Assembly (NCBI GenBank): GCA_051362555.1
Contig: CM120644.1
Location: forward strand, 16,328,534-16,392,533
DNA length: 64,000 bases
DNA from: Lingula anatina
Lineage: Eukaryota > Animalia > Brachiopoda
Direction of reading: 5' to 3'
In this document: positions 1-13,000 of the stretch, one piece after another
Layout of the letters: every line of letters begins with the position of its first letter
Position numbering within the stretch: position 1 is the stretch's first letter
Position numbers and translations under genes: made by a program
Notes under the pieces: model-generated
Told to the model about the DNA's origin: nothing
Databases searched by the model: none
Seen by the model: the letters and a program-made list of their open reading frames with translations, nothing else

Positions 1-404
1 CATTATGAAATTGTGAAATTTTGGACATTATGAAATTATGAGTCAGATCCCTTTATTTTCACTATGGTTGGCGATGGGGGTGGGGGAGGGATACAAGATC
101 CACCATTGTTCTTTAAAATTTTGAAATTAATTGAAACATCTTTCTGAAATATTGTGTTATATTATTTCATTGAAACAAGACCAAAGATAAGGCTAATATT
201 TTAGTTGAAAGTTTATTAATTCAAATGGAATAAATAGAAAGGCAATTTTTGTTACAAAATGGAGGTTGTCTAGACGTGGATATTTTTTGTCTTACATTAG
301 CAATCAGTTAAATGTTTAATAATAATACATAGATGGATCAATGGGACATTGCTTTGCTCTCAATAAACTTTTCCTAATAAATACAAAATGTCTTTGTGTT
401 TTCA

Positions 405-780
405 TTGGTCCTGTGGAACTCGCGGGCCAGGGTTCGATTCCTTGGTCTGGGTTTTGGAAATTGCAAAATATTTTTCAAGAAGGCCTATTTGAATTTCCGG
501 TTGGTTACTAGAAGAGAAAAGTCTACCAGGGGTGGGTGGGCGGGAACACTTAGAGGAGTGGATAGCACGCGAGACTCGGACACAGCAACACCAGGTTCAA
601 AACCTGGCGCTTCTAGGTCCCAGCAAATTACCTTTTGCAAAAAAATTTCAAATAAGCAAATAGAACTGCTACATAAGGAACCCACGAACTCAAGAAATTT
701 AACCGAGACGGTGGCACAGTGGGTAAGGGCGCTAACTCGGCAGCAGAGGACTTCGAGTTCAAGGCGGGCTGAGGCAAAGT
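405..780 (+). repeat. Three tandem degenerate tRNA-like (SINE-head-like) units, ~160-bp spacing
   Basis: B-box/T-arm motifs CCAGGGTTCGATTCCTTGG (427-445), CCAGGTTCAAAACCTGG (591-607), GAGTTCAAGGC (755-765). A-boxes TAGAGGAGTGG (551) and TGGCACAGTGG (712). No good acceptor stems. Confidence 0.5.
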
Positions 781-1589
781 AATGCCAAAAGAAAGAAACA
801 CATAAAATTTATTGCAACAAAATATAACATACACATTTATTTTATGTCAGAAAAAATTTAAGCAATAAAAACAAGTATTAATTTTTTAAATAAAAACTTC
901 CTACCATACAAACAGTTGTAACATAACATAATATAAAGTTTAAAATAAAAAATGCCAAAGAAAATATGCATTTTGAAAATTGCAGCTGAACTGAATTTCT
1001 CCTTTGATTAATAAATAAAGGCTCAGGAATACATTGTATTGATCAGCGAATAAATTTGGAAGAATTTTTGGCTAGAACCAATAGACAAATTAGATACAAG
1101 ATATTAGATATTGCATTTAAAATCAAACTGTATTTTGGAATTTTCGTTTAAAATGTTTTTGTCCTCATCGCAATTTTATTTTGAGGAAAATTTTTGTCCA
1201 AATTCAGCGATGAGAAAAATAGCCAAAATTCAAAATGCATAAAATCTCATTTGTTTGTGTAACAAGTATACACCTTGTTCTACGCGTACGTCATTTTACT
1301 GACGCTCGCACTCAAATCCCAAAAGTAACATTCGTTGTTTTGCTTATCGATTAATGTAGCTCATGTCTTGCATTATTTTGTTTTCACATTAAATCTTAGA
1401 ACAGGTAGGCTACTTGATAGTACAAAGTTGTATAAAAATGAAAATTTGAACAGTGTGTGAGTCGGAATCGACAAGGACATGGCCAGTTTATAAGATTATC
1501 AAAGTTAGAACCATTTAAAGAATTTTACACAAATAAAACTGTTACACAAAAATTGTTCACTAGAAAAAACTTCACACATTCATTCAGAC

Positions 1590-2230
1590 AATGCTAATAC
1601 ACTCGACTTGGGTTTTCAGTGTCCTCTGATCAGCAGATAATTAGCCCATAAATAAAATATTAGTAAGTACTACCAGTAGTTTCGCGCATAGAAAACGATC
1701 TGTGAAATTTTGTTCAAATTGGCGAGTCGAAAATTTCAAACAAGTGAAAGTGTTATCATTTATATACATTTTGATAGGGTGTAGATTTTTATGAATTTAC
1801 TTTAAGATACAAGATACTTTCAAGAAAGTTGTACAAGTTAGAAAAAGTTTGGAAAAGTTGGTCGCCAAAATGCCTTCGAATCATTACCCAAAATATTCTA
1901 TTCACTTTCATAAGGAAATAATTTGATTTTAAGAAAGGGTTTTCGAAATTTTCTAACGTTATAGACAATGATAAATGCCAGTACTAAAAAGTGCATTTAT
2001 GTAAAAAAAAAGTGCATTTATGTAAAAAAATGACATAAAACATTTTCGAAAGCTCTTATTATAAAAACAAATGAATGATAATTTTGAAATAAATTAAAAT
2101 ATCCCAACCCTGGCTTCATTCCTAACCTAAAAAAATCCAATGCCCTCCCAGTATTGAAAATATGGGTCTGTCACTGATCAGAGACAAAATCAAAACACCG
2201 AAAACCAAAGCAAGTTTATTCTTAGCATGC
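1590..2230. mobile_element. Old foldback/MITE-like element with diverged inverted repeats
   Basis: atgctaa..cttgggttttcagtgt..ctctgatcag (1591-1633) mirrors ctgatcagag..acaccgaaaaccaaag..ttagcat (2174-2228). Confidence 0.45.
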
Positions 2231-3174
2231 ATCACAATCGTATATTTTTCTATAAGTGTGAGCAATTCTGCAAAAAATGTTGGTACGTGTCAGAAAATGT
2301 CAGTTAATACTAATTTTTGAAGATTTTTTTAGATCCTTATGATAGTCAACAAGTAATTAAGTAAATGAAGATTCTCTTCTTCAACAAAAAACACAAAACT
2401 TGTATTTCGAAAAATGGACATTACGTAATGGAGTTGTGACAACGTATTTTTGTTCCCAAACTTAACTTCACCAAAATGTTTTGATTTTCTACAAGAGTAG
2501 AACTAAGTGCATTATTGCAGATTTGCGCACACACAGTATTCTAAAGTCAGACAAAAAAAATGATGATCATGTTAAACGAGCGAGACCAACAATACTTTTG
2601 AGGAAATAAATTTCTTGCACCAATTTTTTTCGAATGTGAGTGGATTTTCTTTTCTCAAAAGACTGATGCTAAATGGTTTGGCAAGTGAGAATATTTTCTG
2701 AAAAGTTTGATCCTAAACTTCAGCTACTACGCCTATCAAAACATCACATGTTTTTAAAGCGAAAAAAACTTTTTTCAATCATCACACCCTGTTCACAGAA
2801 TCTCGACGCTTGTAAACCATGTCCTCAATTTTGTCTGACCTGGCCGTCAAATCGATTTTGGTAATGAAAAGACATCTACTAAAGGAGAACTCCAAAAGTA
2901 TCATTTTCAGGCTCCATGACAAACATATTAACAAATTACAGTATAATATCTCGCAAACATTAGAAAAACTGTACTATGACTTGATATCACGTCTAGTATT
3001 TATATGTGTACATCAAACCAGTGTAATGCAGGGTTGACACTTGGTACAGATAAAGCAAAAATTATTTTTATTGTATTCACACGTTTCATCAATCAAATAT
3101 AAGCATTTTCCATTTCACTTGACCCCTCCCCTTAAAAAAACTACAACCCAAAGTAAATGCTGTATCAAATCACA

Positions 3175-3206
<32 letters not shown>

Positions 3207-6200
3207 AAATAAATAAAATAAAAAAATGGCACAACATTACATATTAAATGTCAACCCTGCAAATTATCTGGAAGACAAACTTCGACAAGCAGAACAATCT
3301 TCGCTACCGAACACTAATGTGTTGTTTTTGGCGGAGAACGCATCCAATCTCCCAGTATACGGTAGTTGACGGTTACTGAAATTAAAAGAAAGGATAATTA
3401 CAAAAAAGATACCATATTTGATAGAAAGATCTAGTTTATAAATAATCAACAACATTAACAAGTAAATTTTAGTAGGCCTACGTTTTCACTGGCGAATCTT
3501 GGTGGAGGGGTGACACAAAGATAAAATAATTTGTCTCGCTTTTCCGAACAGTTAAACAGTAGAAGACGAACATTTGCAGTACTTTTTTGTGGTATAGATT
3601 TGCGAAAAGTTTTGGTACTGCTTTACTGTATTGGAGAGGGGGGGGGGGGGAGCGGGGGGGGGGGGGGGGGGGGAGACGCCACACTTTCCCCACAGGATCC
3701 GCTGTCGAGTACACGAAATATTTCAGGTTCTAAAACAAAGTATTTATTCTAGGATTTTAATGAAAATATAATAACGAGAATCGAAGTCGTGGGATTTACG
3801 TTCATCTATTCATTACCAAGGTAAGAAAATATTTAGTCATTTTCTTTCTTGGTCGCGGCTGTATCTGCAGGAAACATGTGTTTGTTGAATGTTAACGTAA
3901 ATAGGCCTAATCATGATATTTCCAATACTTAAAAAAGAAGATATTGCCGTTGTCAAAAATAAAAGTGGAATAAATAAGGAGCTATTAATGTAAGTAAACG
4001 TACATGTACCTGCCTGTTCGTCGTCCATTATTCAAAACGGAAGACAGTCTAGGCTCTTGCTTCTATTATGGCAAATTCTTTCCCTTTAAAAAAAGCAAAT
4101 AACAATAACAATTTTAACTTCAAACTGATTATTTGGATTTGAAGTGGAAGTGTCGTTTTTACCAGTCAAATGGCGCCATGCACGGTAAAATGCTTTAGTT
4201 GGAAAATGCCCCATTTTGAACATATATCGTCAACGCTAAATAAGCAATGTTACATGTAAGGAGACAAATCTTACATCATTTATGCAGTACTCACCACAGC
4301 TGTCATTTCCAGCGCCAAATCTTCGGCCTACTTGTGGAAAATGTACCAGCGTGTGTCACGAGGCATCTTCCTCTTCCATCTTCTACTGACCTTGGTTCTA
4401 CCTGAACACCTGTCACCAAAATGCTCACCTGATTTACATAATAACATGTAGTTCATCCATTTTCCGTTTGTAAGCCTCGATTTCGACTTTAGTCTTACTA
4501 TTACATTGCATGTGATACGATTCACATTCCGAGCGAATTCCCACCGGGAAAAGTTTTAGGTTATCCGAAATCACAAGGGTGAATAACAGATATGTAAGGC
4601 GCTCGACAATAGGATTTTTCAGGTCGCATGAATAAAATCACTGGCACGAGGTTGGGTTAATAAATACAGGATGTGATTTGTATCAAAAGTTATTATTTAC
4701 TTTTTTACGGCTGCATAGATAATTTAACAGTGAAATATTGACTAGAAATCAAAACGTTAAGATCTTGATCTAAGTGGTCGAAAGTAGCAGAACGATCACG
4801 AGGACAGCTCAGTGTGTGAGCCATTGCTTACAAAAAAAAAAAAAAAAAAGAAAAAAAAAACGTTCTCAATATACTTGAGTCGACCCACCACACCAGCAGA
4901 TAAGATAATAATTGTTTCGACCATAAATATACAAAATAAAAATTTCTATATAACGGAAATTGGATTACCATTCGGGTAAAATGTATCTGTATAGAGTTTC
5001 AAGGTTGCAATGTTTCTAAAATTTTTTGTTGTTGTGAAAATGAGAAACAGCAGACGGATATTTAACGCTTTAAAAAACTTTTGATTCCTTTAAAAGTTAA
5101 AAGTCTGCAGTTTCTTGGTAAGAAATTAAAAAGCCCATGTGTAGGATGGGTACGGCCAGACATATATTTTTTTGTTTTTGTTTCTTATCTATTTATGTAA
5201 ATGGCACTTAAAGAGGAGATATCAGGACAAAGGATCTCACAATGCGTTGTTGCGTAGGGGAGTGGACAGCGTATTCTACTTCTACTGAGGACACGATGTA
5301 CGAATCGCTCAAGTTTACAATATGCATTAGGAGAAATGAAGTTGGGATTTTTTCTTCCCCCGTGTCAGCTCCGTCGAAACAAATATTTGGATTCACTTTT
5401 AAATGAATGGACTCACGTATATAAGGACACAGCAAGGTGACTAAGTTCAGATTTTCCCAGACACAACATTTTTACATTCAAATATAAAACCGGCCGTTCT
5501 GCCACTTTACTGTCTGCCTGTAATATTTATAATTTAGACGAATTTTGATTAAAAAGAGCATAAACTATATATATCTAAATTATGAAATTATCGTTCGCGT
5601 CTCATTACGACTTTAGAGTGAGATGTACCGTTTGGGGCAAATATCGTTTACGCACATTAGGCAGAGTTATCTTACATTATCTAAACGTTACTTACAACAC
5701 ATTACTGCCGTATTTTCATGTAGTGTCATGTTTTCGGCCTACGAAAGAAAATTGTAGCATGTAGCAATGCGGCTTCTTTCTTTACGATTCTTCGCTGTAT
5801 GACCTTGGACCTGTCAGGACATCTGTCACCAAAATGCCCACCGGGTTAACCAGTACATAACAATATGCAGATATGCAGTACACCCACTTTCCGTACGGCA
5901 GCCTCGATTCAAAACTATATGTTACATGATTATGTACCCTAGATTTCCATTTCCAGAAGGTGATTTGTGAATTTTAAAATATAGTGATTCAAAAAATCAG
6001 ATTTTATCAACCATTTATTAATATCAGGAAATCGGGTTTAGAAATCAAATAGACCTATCATAGGTCAAATGAATGAACACAAAATGAAACCACTGATTGT
6101 GCTAGAGAAGACAAGATGTAGTTTTCACCCAATCTATAACCTTACACGACCGCCGATTCAAAACGTTACAACACAGTATGAAAGTCATCTTTATCTCAGA

Positions 6201-6982
6201 TTACAACAACTAGATGAATCAAAAGTTAAATTGCGTTGCCTTCAAATTATTGTTCAAGCATGATACAAGCATAATACAAATAAATAATGCTAGAAGTTGA
6301 AAGTGTTTTGTTTTTTTGAAGGGCGCCCATCACAACAAAGACAATGGCGTAATGACGCCACTTGATGAAGTTATATATATATATAACATAATTATATGTT
6401 GCACTGCTTTTGTGATATGACGTCATTTGACGTGTGAGCTTAGACGTCACTTATGTCTATGACGTTTTGATTATGACGTAATATAAGAAAACCCTCGCGT
6501 TTCCACCAGACAGGAGTAACAAAAGACAGTCTAGTCGGTTTACAATATAAAGGATACCGTTAAGGCAGAATTCAGAAGACATTTCTTTGAGCCAGATGAC
6601 TGAGGTAATTACTATAGTTAGACCAACGCTGCTAAAACTTGCTGTCGCATATTGCTCAAGCAGCTTACAGATATGCGTTACATTTGTGTCACCTAATAGA
6701 CTGCTAAGGATTGTGTATGCTATGGGGCACAGAATAAAATCCTTTAGGCATAGATCATTATATCACCGCTTATATAAATTCTTGATTACATTTTAAGTAT
6801 CGAAATTGCCGTTTAAACACAGCATCAATAAAATTGCCTTGACTTCGGTCAATTTGTACAGGGATTCACACAAAGATGCACATTAAAACTAAATAAGGTT
6901 TTAAACAACTGTTGTGAATTTTCTTTCGTCCGTTTTGAACATCATACCTCATGTAAAATGACTTGTAAAATTGGAAAAAAAG

Positions 6983-6988
6983 TTTATT
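6983..6988 (-). terminator. Candidate polyadenylation signal AATAAA of the minus-strand gene
   Basis: tttatt on the + strand about 160 nt past the stop codon. Confidence 0.45.
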
Positions 6989-7147
6989 AATGTTAACATC
7001 TTATGACCGAGGACGTCGTTGTCCCACAGATGACAAAAAATGCAAACACAAACTCCAACAGCTATCAATGATAAGATGTGGAAATTTGCCGAGATCTTCC
7101 GAATTGTCACCAATCATGTGATCAAGCACGTGATGTGAAATGTCACC

Positions 7148-8388
7148 TCACTCCGACTGCGAAAGCGCAGGAAATGAAGTACCCTGTATGAAATCGTGCA
7201 GCAACATCAACTCTTTCTCGTGGTCGGTTGCAGCCCGCCCTGCGTGCTGCTGGGGTATAATTGACCCATCGTCTAAGGAGAGGATTCGAGACGCGTCCGT
7301 GATCCAAGGGTCGTCCATCATGGTTTCCTGTGATGATGGCCAGAGCTGGGCACCTTGCAGAGCCTGAGCTTGCTGCTGGAGTAGAAGCTGCTGCTGGAGC
7401 AACTGTATTCGCAGAAGTTGTTCCCTTACACTTAAATCTCCGAACGCCGATGAACTGGGCCATAATTGAGAAGCACTTTGAGGTTTTTGGAAGCTTGGAA
7501 GAGGTTGATGGAATGGTTGCAGGATCTCCAGGTCACGATGACCCAAGGAATGTAGTTGCTGTTCGGTGTTCCTCATTTGGCCACCGTCTCCCCAAGATTG
7601 TAATGGTTTTTGGCTGGGTATATGGCCGCTTGTAGAGGGCTGAGAGGCTGTCTGAAAGTTACATGCACTGTCAGCTGCATATGATTGCATAGGCGAGCCT
7701 AAAATGTCTGAAGTTCCGTTTGCAGATGGTTTTAACTGCGAATCGGTCTCTTGATGTCTCACACTACTTGTAGAAGGATAAGGCGAAGCATGAAAGTTGA
7801 ATAAACCGTCATCTGTATACGGCTTAACTGGCGACTGTAAGGCGTCTGAAGTTTCGCTTGGGGATGTTCTTGGCGACGGTGAAAGGCTCGGCGTCAAGTT
7901 GCTCTTAGGTGGTTGGATGGTAGAGTACCGCCCATTTTTTAATGCATCAGCGACCGTCTGGGAAAACACGCCCTGCATGTTATCCGATGTACAGGTTCTC
8001 GGTGACTGCTCTGGCGACTGAAGTACCGGTGTAACGGCAGCAAATGATGCCCCTTGTTGAGCTTGGAAGGCTCCTTTTGTGGTCGCCTTTGGAGATGATC
8101 CCAACGCATGTTCCGCACCGGTTTCTGGCCTCTCTAAAAGCTGTCGAAGAGTTCTTTTATTCTCGTTTGTCACCGTTGGCGATGGCGACTGGCAGTATTC
8201 TGCAGGACTGCCTGTTGGGGACTGTAAGGAATTTGGGGTCACGAACGAACTGTCATTCGTTTTAAGTCGCCATGCAGTCTGTTGGCTCTCTGATGCTGTT
8301 GAAGGCGTTAAAGTCGGAGACCTGGTTACAGCTGTTGCAGCTGATTCTGAGCGCAGTGGTGCAGACTCCTTCGGAGCCACTTTCTCAC
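7148..8388 (-). CDS. Terminal coding exon (412 aa): S/T/P/Q-rich low-complexity region with LRQLL motif and Q/L-rich helix
   Basis: Longest ORF in the window, GC-richer than flanks. Acceptor cattttttgtag at 8390-8389, stop TGA at 7150-7148. Confidence 0.92.
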
Positions 8389-9087
8389 CTACAAAAAATG
8401 AAACGTTGGTATTTAAGGGATTTCAAGCGTTAAAGAAAGTAGAACAGTTAGTTGCTCAACTGATCAGAGATAATAAACACAGCTAGACATTCGCTTGGTA
8501 TTTAAAGAATATAGGCATTCAGAATTTTCACTGTAATATAATTATGGTCAGAATACCCCTAAACGACCAAAACTCTCTAGATATTAGATGCCCTTGAGGA
8601 ATATAATCCTTGTTTTTTATTATTGAGGAAATTCTAAGCTGAATGCTTTTTTTCAATGTAAACGTGTTCACAAGAGGTTTGCAGAGTGAGATTCATACAT
8701 GTATCTCCGTGTCATCTCATTTCTCTTTTATTTATTTGACTTTCTTTCTTTCTCTCTTTTTTGGGGAGGTCTTGAGCAAATCTGAATATAACTTGAATGG
8801 ATAATATACAATATACAAAAACACAATATTTGGGTAATCGAGGACAGTTTGATGACATTTTTCGGGTACACCTGGTGAACTGATTTGTTGTTTTGTTTTT
8901 TGTTGTTGTTGTAAATCCCATAGACTTACTTTTAAAGTTATTATAATCTGATAACACATGATATAACAAATGTTATGTGTCTTTTGTAAAATATCAATAT
9001 TTCAGCAATAGTTTCAACAAAAATATTTTGTATGTCCAACTGAAACACGTTTTGCCACTGATTTGCATTTATGGCATGTAAGTCATG

Positions 9088-9136
<49 letters not shown>

Positions 9137-10007
9137 GGGCACTTATACCGTATATAATTTCGCCAAGCCTAAAGATATCGTATTCAGTATTCATTGCCCA
9201 TTCCTAACTATTTCTCCAAAATTAAAAATAAATCAAAGTCTTACTCTCTCGTCAATTAACACCTAAACAGAAACTTCAGTGTATTTCCATTAACATCAAA
9301 GCGGTGAAAATACAATGGGTTACTGGGTATTCGCTTGTGCTGATTTGGGGGGGGGGGGGGGGGAGGGGGGGGGGAAAGCGACAAAAACAAAATGAATAGA
9401 TAAATAATAAAAATAAACAAATAATAATTTCACAAAGTTGCATGCCTAAAAAATTTTTTTTGCGTTCTTGTCTTCTGCCATGGGCATCAAATAATATGAA
9501 GATTATGGATTGGTAGTTTTTATAGTATAGAAGTCAGGCGTCCCCTATGATTTGTACAGGTTAGGGTTAGTTGGAGTATAGGGGTAAAGATATGGGACGA
9601 ATTTCACCTGTACTAAGTAATGGGAAAAGGACAACGCCGCAGGGGCGGATTTAGGCCGTCTTCTGGGTCTTCCGAACGGTCAGATTTTCAAGTTTACATT
9701 GAAGGGTGTCTAATTTTTCCGTCGGAAGACGGTCAAAAATGAAGAATGGATTATAAAGATAATTTGGAAGACTGTCAGAAAATATCTCTGAATCCGCCCC
9801 TGAACGGTTCCTAGCGGACTACCATTCCTGTCACACGGCATTAAGGAACAACGCTCCGGAACGTGGAGGCAGTGCCGTGCAAGGTGTCTTATTTTGAACG
9901 TGGATCAGCCATTTATTTAAAATCGCGATGGGTCCCTTATCTCTAAATATTGGCTTCAGTTGCATGGGTTAGATAGATTTTAAAAAGTCACGCCTGGCGG
10001 CTCGCGA

Positions 10008-10060
<53 letters not shown>

Positions 10061-13000
10061 CTTTTTAATTTTTTTTTAAATTTACGAAGAACCAAATACT
10101 CTGTAAGGCTTAATAACAACACCATTGTCTCGCAGGAAAAGAAGGGAAGTGCATGGGTGGAAATGAATTTTGAACTTAACAAGAAAAAATATATATAAAT
10201 CAAAACCCTAAGAAAGAAATAAAATAAATTCAAACTTTATTTTTTTGTGCAAGGAAGACGTATGAGCTAAGGAAGAGATCTGTGACTGTATACCATTTAC
10301 CTGTGCATTTTCCCATTATACAATTTTCAGCCCCCGCCCGCTTTTAAGGGTCGCTACTGATGTGAACTTGCCCCATCTCACAAAACAATCAAACAAAGTT
10401 ACTTAATTCAAAACGACAGGCAAAATAAAACAGAGACAAAATAGGGGCGGGTAGTTATGTGCCACTTTGACCTAGCCTACAAACCGGAACAGCTGCTGTG
10501 TACTCCTTTTGTGCACTCAAGAACCGGTGCCTTTTCTATTTTCTTTCTCTTTCTCTTTCCTTTCTGTAACAAGGGACCACAAAAAGAGAAACTGTACCGA
10601 CTGCCTCATCTTTGCACTGACTGCTCGCCGGTTTTCAATATACTCATTAGATGCGCTGATGCCAACTGTCATGCAAGTGCCCCTGCCAGTGTCATCAGGC
10701 AAATGCTTGACAGCCAAGGGGTGATGATTTATACAGCCAATTGGATTCTTTGTGAAACTCAACTGTAGTCACCTTAATTGCAGTTCGGGGAGGCGAAATA
10801 AAAACAACTGTTCTTTTTTTAAAAGACTGTAGGGCACCAATTTTCCTGCCATTTTGATGCCCCGCTGTAACGTAGTTCGTGTCTCAGAAGTACTGCACCG
10901 AGTATTCCTTCCCCGCACCAAATACTCTTATTCAGCTCTTTTCTTGATGTCGTCTTTAGATACGCCAGAAATGACGCGAACTAAAACTGCTGCAAAACAC
11001 GCAAATTGCACCCAGCGCCCTAGAGTTGACTACAGCAGAAGCCTACACGTTCTATTTTTTGCGGGGAAAGAATCTTAAAGGAAAAACACTGAGGGTTGGA
11101 CCTTTATCAGTAAATTTTTTTAAAACTTTTTTCAATATTTTTTTCTCTCATTATCTACCATGCAGCTTTTGAGTTCAAAAATCCCTAGCCCATGGAAGAA
11201 TAATGACGTTCACTTGTGGTGGTAAAAAAAAAAAAATTAAATAAAAATTACAATGTGAAAACCGATTTATAGAGAGTACTTTTCTCAAAATTTTAAAGAG
11301 GGGCATACCTTGGCAAAATTTGGTAACTTTTTTTGCTCTATAAAAAGCAAACGTGTATTTCAAGCTCTTTAAACAGCCTAAGTTGAAACATTATAGTCCT
11401 TTGCTAAGCATGCTGGCAAAATATATTTGCACGTGTATTTTGTGAAATTTTGCTGAGCGTTAGTGGATGGCTTCAAGCTTTCAAGCTATCATAATATATT
11501 TAGTTTAAGACATTTTATACATCTCTTAAATCTGGGGGTGCACAAATTGGATTGACCGGCCGATTGCTGTATTTTTTAAAATAAAAAACACTGCACCGAG
11601 TTACCCACATTGTAATTTATTTTCCGCGGTAGGCTGCAACGCTATATGATGCGACAATGACAATTGTCACGCTACCTCTGTCAAAAAACAAATCACACCT
11701 TTCGGTCTCTGTGCTGAAGGATAGAAATACATAAACAAACATTTCTCTTCCAAGCCACCGTTTTTAATTTTACACAGCTTTTATAAATTTAAGAATTCGC
11801 TGGTTTAGTTTATGAATTTCGTTATTGTTGAGATACCTCGTCTTGTACGAACAATGCGCAACGTTCGCATGACAACACTTTGCGCCAAAAAAGTAATTGA
11901 CAACAGTGGCTCACGTTAAGGCGGGAAACACACAACTTTCATCATTTAAAGAAAACTTAAAATTAAGTTCCACTGCCCATCGTGTTACCAAGTGTAAATA
12001 GAAGGGGAGATAACGCGTCGATAATGATATTTTTTTCAAGGAAAATTCAAATATCCTATGCAACGTAATGTTCGACATAACAACATGTAATGTTTTTTTG
12101 TAAACTAAGTTCGCCTAGATCACAGATACTTATAATGTGGGATTTTGCCGACATTGACCCGTCAAATAAAAGGATTGAAGACGAGGTTCACCTTTTTAAT
12201 TTATTGTCCTTTTTACTTATGAACGTGGTAATTTTTTTTTAATATTGCCAGACGTTTTAATAACAATTTCGATATCTTTAATGATAACGACAAGTTCTTA
12301 TTTTTGATTAGTGGTGATAATATGATTAATTTAGTTGCCAAAACCTGCTGCCGATTTTTTAAATTAAGAAGAAATCTTATTTATGAATAATGCTTTCATG
12401 TATATTTTAAGTGATATTCAGGCTCTCATAGTTCTATATAGAACTCCTTTTTATGAGTGAGATTTAAATAACATATCTTGATCTTGATCTTGGGAACGAT
12501 GTAACCTTTATTAGACACCATCGGCGAATTTACTAAATTCATAGGGTACACTTTCCGTGTAGGAAAATATCCCGGTGTCTAAAAGTTTATGTCTACATAA
12601 CCTGCAAAAACTTCATATTTTCCCCAGTTCAAACATTGAACATTATGAATCTCTTCAAATAAAAGAATACTCCCTTCTGAAATGTACAAAAAATCATAAC
12701 GGTCTATATTTGTAGACAGATACTTAGAACTAAATTATTTAATAAGAAATTATATATGTAAATCATCGAATCCAAGTGCGCGAAAAGGTTGAGCGATGAA
12801 TTGTGAGTTGGTTGAGATAAAGTTAATTTAGCGCAACAGTCCCATATATTATAACTTTCGGTCACTTATAAAGGTTGTATGTTTAAAACCGCCTATTTTG
12901 TGTTTAAAGTAAAGTCAAAGAGAAGGGGGGGTAGCTAAGCTGCCAAAGAAATAGTGGCTGAGCCACCGATACTAAATGATTAAGCTTTTATCTCAGCTAT

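Noticed and set aside
7140-8486. Plus-strand and alternative-frame ORFs overlapping the 410-aa exon
   Set aside because: Shadow ORFs of a GC-richer coding exon with no splice or motif support.
10485-10563. KIEKAPVLECT as HES/bHLH helix 2 (KLEKADILEMT)
   Set aside because: No basic region or helix 1 exon found, and Pro plus the following residues break the pattern.
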